Of a DNA stretch of 64,000 nucleotides, positions 54,945 to 64,000 are shown in pieces. Position numbers and translations under genes: made by a program. Position 1 is the stretch's first letter. Each line of letters opens with the position of its first letter. The DNA is from Octopus vulgaris (taxonomy: Eukaryota), in contig OX597826.1 in assembly GCA_951406725.2 (NCBI GenBank), forward strand, positions 43,028,001 to 43,092,000, written 5' to 3'. The notes beneath the pieces were generated by a model. The model was not told where the DNA came from. It saw only the letters and a program-made list of their open reading frames with translations, and did not search any database.

Positions 54945-56544
54945 CATACATAAGTATGTGTGAGTACATATGCACATATGAGTGTATGCAAGTAGGCATA
55001 TGGGCATATATATATTAATGTGTGTGAATGTGCACATTATATATATTATATATATATATATATATAAATATATATACCCTTTTTAGGAAAGTCTGTCCAT
55101 TAACTTAATGAAACTTAACTTATAGAATATAAAGGTGGTACTACTACCATCACCACCACCACCACCAACAACAACTGCTGTCACTACTACTACTACCAGC
55201 ACCACCACCACCACCACCATAATTGCTGCCATCATCTCCATCACCACCACCGTGTTTATCTTAATGATGATATGTCTCTAACACAATGAAAGGAAGATTT
55301 TATTACAAAATGAAGAACGGAGAATACGTGAACAAAATAAGGAAACAATATTAGAAGGATAAATATTTTCAAGAAAGTCTTTAATTTAATATGAATGAGA
55401 GAAACATATTTCAGAGAGAGGGGGGACGAGGGAGAGGAGAGAGAGAGAGAGAGAGAGAGAAAGAAAAAACTATTTGGGAGATATTCAAATTATATCTAAC
55501 ATATAGTTTGAAACATGGATGCAAGAACAATACGTTTCCTCATTCTTCCTTACTTTTTTTTTACCATTTTATTTCATCATTGAAGAATTATATGTTAAAC
55601 TGGAAGTTTATTATTTCCAAGCTAGTCAATAATAATAATAAAAATAATAATAATAATAACAGAACATTTACATGTAAGGTGACTCAGTACTGGCAGAGAG
55701 TAGATGTTTTACTTGTTTCAGTCACTGTACTGTGGTCGTGCTGGAGTAAAGCCCGGCAGAGTTTAGTCAAACAAACTGACCCCAGTATTTATCCAGGTTA
55801 AAGTCTGGTACATATTCTAATGCATTTCTTTTGCTGAACTAGAAGACACCCAAGCATTGAACCCAAGACCATATGGTTAGGAAGCAAGCTTCTTACAACA
55901 AACCAATGCCAGTTTTCAAGCGATGGTGGGGCACAAAACAAAATGATACCTACATACATACATTTCATACATGGGATTGCACCTAGAAAGTTGCCCTCTG
56001 AGGCACAAATCCAGGCAAAGGTTGATACAGCTTGTCACCAGTGTCATCCCAACTCATTTCTATAGCTGAGTGAACTGGAACAATGTGAAATAAAGTATCT
56101 TGCTCAAGAACACAACACGCGGCCCAGTCTGGGAATCAAACTCACTACCTCATGCAATCCCATGGTCATTCATAACTGAAGGGGGTCTTTACTCTTTTTA
56201 CCCTTTATATATATATATATATATATATATGAATGTGTGCGTGCACACACATGTATACATATATTATGGGCTTCCACAGTTTCTGTCAACCAAATTTACT
56301 CATAGGGCATTGATCAGCCTGGGGATACAGTAAGACACTTGCCTAAGGTGCTGTGTGGTAGGACTGAACTTGAAACCACATAACTGTAAAGTGCTCTTCT
56401 TAGCCAAACACCCACACTTGTGCCTAAAATCAAATTTTGTGTCAAGTTTTGCCTGACAGCTTATTCAATCAGCCAGCATGAAATTTAAAATAAATCATTG
56501 AAGAATTACTAATTTCTTATTGCTGTATTCCACATTATCTAAAT

Positions 56545-56805
56545 CGGTGGTTTCCAACCATTTTTTGCCTATGATCCTCTGTGATTTCTATTTTACTTGG
56601 ATGGTTCCTCAAAGCCAGTCAATGTTTAAAAAATCCTATTATATTTCTATAAGTAGTTATTATTAGAAATTATGTAATAAATTGCTGAAATATTTTTAGT
56701 GTATTGTGGAAATATAAGTAATTTATTGCACATAAATTTTAACAACAAAATCTTACATGAACCCCCACTCACCAGGGTCAGATGGACCCTAGTAGAGAAC
56801 CACTG
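56545..56805. mobile_element. hAT (Charlie-like) MITE
   Basis: Termini CGGTGGTTTCCAAC / GTAGAGAACCACTG with 8-bp flanks ATCTAAAT / TTCTAAAT. Confidence 0.75.
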
Positions 56806-58164
56806 TTCTAAATTTCAACATTTTCAAGGCAAGGTTTTGGAATAACTATCACTAGCTTATGGAGAAGATAAAGGGCAAGGAATTGAGAAGCTTTGGTTCT
56901 TTTTTGTCTTTAGCTTTCCTGTGTTTTGTACATTGAAAAATGGTTCTGAAAGAATTCTTTTGTCCCTCTAGAACTTAATTGTTTTTGTTTTTTAATATAT
57001 GTATCTTGCTTCTCCATTCTGTGTCCCTTTCCTTCCCCATGGTGTAGTCATAGTTATTCTAAACCTCTGCTGTTTGCAATTGCTGTCAATTGATCAATAA
57101 AATGGCAACACTCAGACTACTTTAGAGCAACGTTGGTTTAGTTTAAAAACTCTTTTACAGGAACAAACACAAGACGTAACATGCTGGATCAAAAGAATTC
57201 TCATTAAGTCTTGTATGGAAAATTAATCTATCTAAATACAGTCACTGGTAAAAGGAAGCAAAGGGTTTGAATTAACATTCTAGAATCGCAGCCCCATAGT
57301 CTTCAAGGCACTGAAAAGAGCAAACAAATACAAACAAAATGGTAATTAATGATAAAGAAGATAAAAAAATTGAATTCCACTTTATGACTAAGTAAGATAG
57401 GTGGAAGCATGACTGGCTGTGTGGGTAAGAGGTTCAATTCATCATAGTGCAGTTCAGGTTTGATTAGGTTTGATTCTGCTATTGAAAGGTTACATTGTTT
57501 GGTCTTTGTGCAGGCGTTCCTGTTTTGAAGTGACTATCCAATTTTTAAAAAAAATCTCTTGCTTTTTTTTTTTTTTTACTTTTACTTGCTTCAGTTATTG
57601 GAGTGTGGCCAAGCTGGGGCACTGCCTTAAAGGATTTAGTTGAATAATCAATCCCAGTTCTTTTTGTTTTTCTTTTGAAAGCCAAGTATTTTATCGGCCT
57701 CATTGCCAAGCAACTAAGGTAAAGGGACTTAAACATAAACATAACAAACAGGTTGTCAAGAGGTGTGCATGCAAGGCTGTACTGGTGGTGTTGGGGGTAA
57801 TACACAAACACACACACATGTATATATGATGGGCTTCACGAGTTTCCATCTACTAAATTCACTCAAGGCATAGGTTGGCAATAGAAGACACTTGCTCAAG
57901 GTGCTGTGCAGTTAAACTGAACCCGAAACCATGTAATTACAAAGTGAGCTTCTTAACCACATAGCCATGCCTGAGCTCATAGAAATGTTTTGGACATTTG
58001 ATAATTATTTTGTAGTTACTATCTCAAAGTTATATTTGCACTGTAGTTCTAGCAAAAAAGTAACTTTGTAACTCCACACAGATTAATAAAAAATATATTA
58101 TTTGACCCGTTTGTTACCATATTTCTGTTGAAATACACAATCTTTGTTTGAAATAATTTCTGAA

Positions 58165-58397
58165 CGTTGTCGATGCCAGCTCTGACTGGCTCCTGTGCTG
58201 GTAGCACTTAAAAAAGCACCATCCGAACGTGGCTGATGCCAGTGCCGCTTGACTGGCTCCCATGCTGGTGGCATGTAAAAAGCACCCACTACACTCTTGG
58301 AGTGGTTGGCATTAGGAAGGGCATCCAGCTGTAGAGACATTGCCAGATCAGATTGCAGCCTGGTGCGGCCTCCTGGCTTGCCAGTCCCTAGTCAAAC
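58165..58397 (+). mobile_element. RTE-type 3' UTR fragment
   Basis: Matches the 31930-32160 element. Confidence 0.75.
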
Positions 58398-58685
58398 AAC
58401 TTGACCTCTTGCTTTCCAAGATCCCAGATGAACTAATATCAAGGCAAGAAATTCAAAAGAGGGCTGTGTTATAGAACTCCCTCCTTTACCAAAAGCCAAC
58501 CTCATAGAATTGGCCAATTAAAAAGTGATTACACTGGCGGCGCCCTAGCATGGCCACAGCCTCACAAGTGAAACATATAAAAGAATACATACATGCATAC
58601 ACACACACAAATACATATATATATATACACACACACACTTATGTAAATATATATATATATATATACATACACACACACACTTATG

Positions 58686-58733
<48 letters not shown>

Positions 58734-60747
58734 CACACACACACACACACACACACAACAGGCTTCCTGTCTACAAAATTCATTCACAAGGCTTTGGTTG
58801 TTCTGGGCCTATAGCAGAAGACATTTACCAAAGTTACACACACTAGAACTGAACTCAGAATGACATGGCTATGAAGTGAACTTGAAGAAGAAACTATAAA
58901 GAAGAAAAAAAAAAAAACTTGAAGAAGTAACTATATATAATATAAAAAATTTTTTTTCTGTCTTTAAATCCAATAGAGACTTTATAGCAGTAAAATTCCC
59001 GCTTGAGGAGTTACGTCATGTTAGGTTGTTTTGTGTTCTTGGATTGAATCATTATTATTGTCGAAACCTCCAGGAATGAAAATAAATTACACTGTTGCTT
59101 AGAAAGAACATAACACGAGGTGGGGGTGGGATGGACAAAATTTAGAACCCAATTCATGTATTTTCAGGTTAGATAAACTTTAATACTCTATCCATTTAAC
59201 GATATGGAATTTTATCCCTACCCGCCCTTAACCTTCCCCATTTCTTACATCATTTCTAGTCAGAAAATTCCATTCTGATATTGAAAAGTTCATTAAAATA
59301 GCTGAATATTATTCAGCAATCCATAAAAAACACATTCATTCATACACACACATACATACTCTTACATACACACACATAACAAAAAAAAGATAAGGAAAAA
59401 ATGTGTAAATATTGACAGATTAGAGCTGGATTTGTGGCAGTGAATTATTCTAAAGAGAGGTAGAAAAAAAGAAGGGAGATAATTATTAAACAATAGGGTA
59501 TCTATCCTGAGTTATACACAGATGAGTTGTATATAATAAACTGAAATACATGACAAGCATATTAATGTATATTTTCCTGAGTAATCAATCATATATAGAG
59601 TGTATAATGATATAGGTATGTGTATGGAGATATACACACATAGATAGATGGATACACATACATACACTCACACACATATATGAATGAATGAATGTATGTA
59701 TGTATGATATGAATATACTATAAAGATGGTTATAGCATAAAAGGAAATGTATTTTCAAGCAGTAGTTTTCCAGAAGATTTAGTTAGCACTGAAGAATACA
59801 TTAGCTCCTTATCTACACTGAGAAAATAACCAACACGATATGTAGCTATAATGTAGTCCATGATGGAAAGAACTTCTTTCTCTCCCTGCTCATTACAGGC
59901 TCACTGCAACTATGAAACAGATAAGAGGGAATTTTACATCCCAGCAGTTATCTAAATGTGAGTTAAGTTGCTGGAACGGAGTAATATGAACACAAAGATA
60001 CTCGCTCAAATAATAAATATATTTTTATTAGGCTGAATGAAGTTACAAAGTTATTTTAATAGCTAGAATCACTATGCAAATATAACATTGAGGAAATAAC
60101 TGCAAAATAAGTATCAAATTTTCTACAATTGACAACGTTTATGAACATCTTGTGAAAGCAGTCGTAAAAAAACATTTCTTCTTTTTCCCAGAGAAACTTT
60201 CTATAAATGGATATTCTCTGCAAAATGGAAAAGCTTTGGCTAAAGACTGAACAAAACAACTTTTGAATAGATTATTTTAATGGTCAGAATAACACAGTTT
60301 GATCACATTTAGATTGTTAGTGGTAAAAGAATAACAGTCTGGAAAGAAGAATGGTAAAGGAGTTTATGTGAGAAGGTCTTGCAGATAATAACATTCCCTC
60401 TTGCAATGCATATTTATAAATGTTAATCGTATCCATCCTTTTAATGAACTGATTTTTGGTTAGCAGCAGATTCCAAAAATAAAAAAAAGGAATATCAAAA
60501 ATATTTGAAAAGATCTTTTATCACTGGAATTATTTCCGAAATTGTTGAGTTTAAGAGAGCAAACTTTGGCTGCCAATCATTCTTATAGAAACAGAGATAT
60601 ATTTCTACTTTCTTTGTTGCAGCGTACTGGAAAGTTAAAGCTGAACATATGCGTACATGAACAACACACACACACACACACACACATTCTGATGAATTTA
60701 ATTGCTGTTTTATGTGTAGTGATGTTGTCATGAAATTAAAGCTTTAA

Positions 60748-60928
60748 CCCTTTAGCATTTAAGCCGGTCAGATCAGGCTTCTCACACCCACCCTACAATG
60801 CACTTCTAAAAAATATGCATTTTCTTATAGCTTCAAAATTTTGATGATGTAAATGTTCGATTAATTTAAAACAATATGAATAAATAAATAGGCATTACAC
60901 TTGACAGAGTAACCTGAATGCTAAAAGG
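60748..60928. mobile_element. piggyBac-like MITE family D
   Basis: TTAA|CCCTTTAGCATT ... AATGCTAAAAGG|TTAA. Confidence 0.82.
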
Positions 60929-60932
60929 TTAA

Positions 60933-61362
60933 GGCGCAGGAGTGGATGTGTGGTAAGTAGCTTGTTTACCAACCACATGATTCCGGGTTCAGTCCCACTG
61001 CGTGGCACCTTGGGCAAGTGTCTTCTACTATAGCCTCGGGCCGACCAAAGCCTTGTGAGTGGATTTGGTAGACGGAAACTGAAAGAAGTCCATCGTATAT
61101 ATGTATATATATATATATGCGTGTGTGTGTTTGTGTGTCTGTGTTTGTCCCTCTAGCATTGCTTGACAACCGATGCTGGTGTGTTTATGTCCCCCGTTAC
61201 TTAGCGGTTCAGCAAAAGAAACCGATAGAATAAGTACTGGGCTTACAAAAGAATAAGTCCCGGGGTCGAGTTGCTCGATTAAAAAGGCGGTGCACCAGCA
61301 TGGCCACAGTCAAATGACTGAAACAAGTAAAAGAGTAAAAAGAGTAAAAAGAGTAAAGAGAG
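60933..61362 (+). mobile_element. SINE family A, full length
   Basis: 'ggcgcaggagtggatgtgtggtaag' through the repeated 'gtaaaaaga' tail. Confidence 0.92.
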
Positions 61363-61919
61363 GTCATCCTTTCAATGATGACCTAATGTATTTCAGGGTA
61401 GATTTAGCCATTTCAAAGCAGATTTAGTTGCTTGGAATATGTTTTTTTAATATGTTTTATTATTAGCTTGTTAAAGGAAGAAGAACAGAAATTTGGTGAG
61501 TAATGAGTGGGGGAGTTTTTGCGGAGATTGTGATGTCTAAACAATTTCAAATAAACAGACAAGAGTTCCTTTTCTATTTCAATAATTTTGTGATTCAATG
61601 TTTTGCTTGTATTAAGATACCAATCACCTACAATAATACATACCATATTTGATATGGTAGCCGTCATATTTTGTATTAGATCAGGCAGAAGCTATTGAAT
61701 TACAGACAGAAACATTATCAGGCGATACAGGAGCAAGTACAGCTTTGTGGTTAAGAAATTCATTTCACATCCATGAGGTTTTGTGTTCAGTCCCACTGTG
61801 CAGTACCTTGAGCAAGTGTCTTTTACTATTGCTTCAAGTCAATAACTTAATAAGTGAGTTTGGTAGATGGAAACTGCACATAGTCCAGTGTCTGTGTTTG
61901 TGCGTGTGCATGCGTTCAA

Positions 61920-62130
61920 ATGTGTGCAAGAAAGGAGATGGTGATTGCATGGACACATGATGCACATGGATGAAAAAACAGCTGTACGAAGAAGTGCCGA
62001 ATTGCTAAATGTGACCAGAACTTGTGGAAGAGGGAAACCCGGGAAGAGATGAGATGAAGTGGTTAAGCCTGATAGAGGAGACAACATAAATCTGAGATCC
62101 CTGGCAATATGAGGTTCTTGCAAAGACTGC
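61920..62130 (+). pseudogene. Decayed RTE (BovB-like) LINE ORF2 C-terminus
   Basis: Frame reads VQERRW*LHGHMMHMDEKTAVRRSAELLNVTRTCGRGKPGKR*DEVVKPD, matching RRLRW.GHV.RM....GRGRP.K.W..VV..D. Confidence 0.8.
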
Positions 62131-63419
62131 TTCCTTGTCAGCAAAACTGAGTTCTGGAAGTGCTGTTATAGTAACTCATCCCCCACCACTCCCATGCATT
62201 AGACCTGTGGCTTCTCATCCCCAGCACCAGTTCCCGGAGACTACCAACCATGTCATCCCTCTCCCTTGTCTTCCCCACCTGACAACTGTATCATCTTTAC
62301 AACTCTTGCTACCTGACCTCTCTCTCTTCTGCATCTCTTTATCCCCTCCCAACTTATGGCTCTTTGCTCATCCACCCTCAATCCACCCTACACCTGGCAA
62401 TCTGCCTACCCTTCCCATCCACTCAATCTCTTTCTCATACAAACTTGCAAACTGATACATCAGCCAACCTTGTGTCTTGTGGGGCCAATTAGGCACTGCA
62501 TTGCTGTTATCTATCTATCTCTCGCAGTTCCTACTGTTCATTTTCCCTTTCCTTTCCCTTCTCCTACTAGATGTGAGTAACCAAGCAGATCCTCTACAAG
62601 AACCAGCACTACACCCACTTCTCACACTTCAGTCCTCTCATCAACCAGCAAGAAGCCGACCTCCACCCCAACAAGGGTTTGTAGTTCTGTGAGCTGCATA
62701 GCAACCACAATAGTGCAGGTAGCATGAGAAAAGCACCCAGTCCACACTGTAAAGTGGTTGACATTAAGAAGAGCATCTGACAGTAGAAACCATGCCGAAA
62801 CAGACATTGGAACATGATGCAGTCCTTGGAGACATACGATCCTGTCAAATCGTCCAGTCCATGACAGCATAGAGGTTGGATGTTAAACAATGGTGATAAT
62901 ATACTTCATATAAAAAAACAAAAAAACTATTGCATTCCAAGCAGTGAAATTTTTTGTCATTTCTTTATCAACATGTGATTCACTGGCTTTGAATTGTCAA
63001 ACACATGTGAAGTAACAGATCTTTTACTTGAAAAGTGAAGAACGAGAGAAGGTTAGTGACAGGAAGGGCATTTGGCTATAAAACAATACTTCAATACATA
63101 TTCAGCTAACACATCCATGGAAAAACATAAGTAAAATCATTGAAGAATTTATGTGTGTGCATGTGTGTGTGTGTGTGCATTTATCTCTCACTGTTTGACA
63201 GACTGGTATTGGTTTATTTACATTCCTTTAAGTCAATGGTTTGGCAGACAAAAAGATGCCACTAGAATAAATACAAGACAGAAAATTAGCACTGGGATCA
63301 ATTAAACTGACTAAACTTTTCAAGGCAGAGCCCCAGCATGGCTGCTGTCCAATGACTGAAACAAGTGAAATAATAAAAGCATGTATTCTTGCTGTATGTT
63401 TGCTCAACCAATGAGAGTT

Positions 63420-63757
63420 GCTGGCTGGGTGCTGTTCCTGTTGCTAATCCTCACCTGCTTCAAAGCAAGCTAATTTTCCGAACAACTGGACTAATTTTAA
63501 TGGAAGATTGGGAATGAATGACATCCTTTGTATGATGCTGACACTCACCTACAGATGTCCCTTGATGTTAGGATACAGAAACACACAAACACACACAATG
63601 GGCTTCTCTCAGTTTCTGCCTCCTAAGTCCACTCACAAGGCTTTGATTAGCTTGGGGTCACAGTAGAAGACACTTGCCCAAGGTGCCACATAGTGGGACT
63701 GAACCTGAAACCACATGGTTGGGAAGCAAGCTTTTTAACCATACAACCATGTCTGTC
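63420..63757 (-). mobile_element. SINE family G (A head plus RTE-like tail)
   Basis: A-type head 'agaagacacttgcccaaggtgccac...gggactgaacc' with a G-type body. Confidence 0.75.
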
Positions 63758-64000
63758 TCTCAGAAACTGTGCCAGTCCACCTTCTTTAAAAATGTAACAG
63801 TAAATTAAATTAAATTGATTTTTTGCATAAACAAATGACCAAAAATTTTAGTGGGAGGGAACAAATAATTATATGAACCCCAGTATTGGTCCGATTCTTT
63901 ATTTCTATTGACCCTAGGAGAATTAGAGGCAAAGTTGATCATTGTGTGATTTGAACTCTTTAGCATTCAGATTATTCTGTTAAATGTAATGCTTATTTAT

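Noticed and set aside
60933-61010. tRNA gene
   Set aside because: A/B-box-like motifs belong to SINE heads; no complete cloverleaf is evident.
62135-62692. Pro/Leu/Ser-rich ORFs in pyrimidine-rich sequence
   Set aside because: Compositional bias between an RTE ORF remnant and an RTE tail; probably LINE 3' UTR.

Overview
AT-rich, repeat-dense eukaryotic genomic DNA with no protein-coding gene I can recognise. The listed ORFs come from (TA)n/(CA)n/(AG)n/(AAT)n microsatellites, SINE copies or decayed transposons. The repeat families resemble those I know from octopus genomes (inference, not verified). The window holds many tRNA-derived SINEs in at least three head types, one with a MetaSINE-like core. 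It also holds RTE-type 3' tails, decayed RTE, CR1-group and Tc1 coding fragments, and TTAA-flanked piggyBac-like MITEs, a hAT MITE and a Helentron-like element, often nested. Best non-routine signals: (1) a minus-strand recursive splice site motif (polypyrimidine-AG|GTAAGT, 47051) followed by a 59-nt exon with stops in all three frames, suggesting the window lies in a very long intron; (2) a GC-rich Penelope-like remnant at 18034-18461 with a hammerhead-ribozyme-like fold; (3) MetaSINE-like concatemers with the same palindromic junction at independent loci; (4) several local templated duplications, one half direct and half inverted; (5) a 1.6-kb (TA)n array bounded by an exact inverted repeat. 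Boundaries of diverged repeats were read by eye and are approximate.
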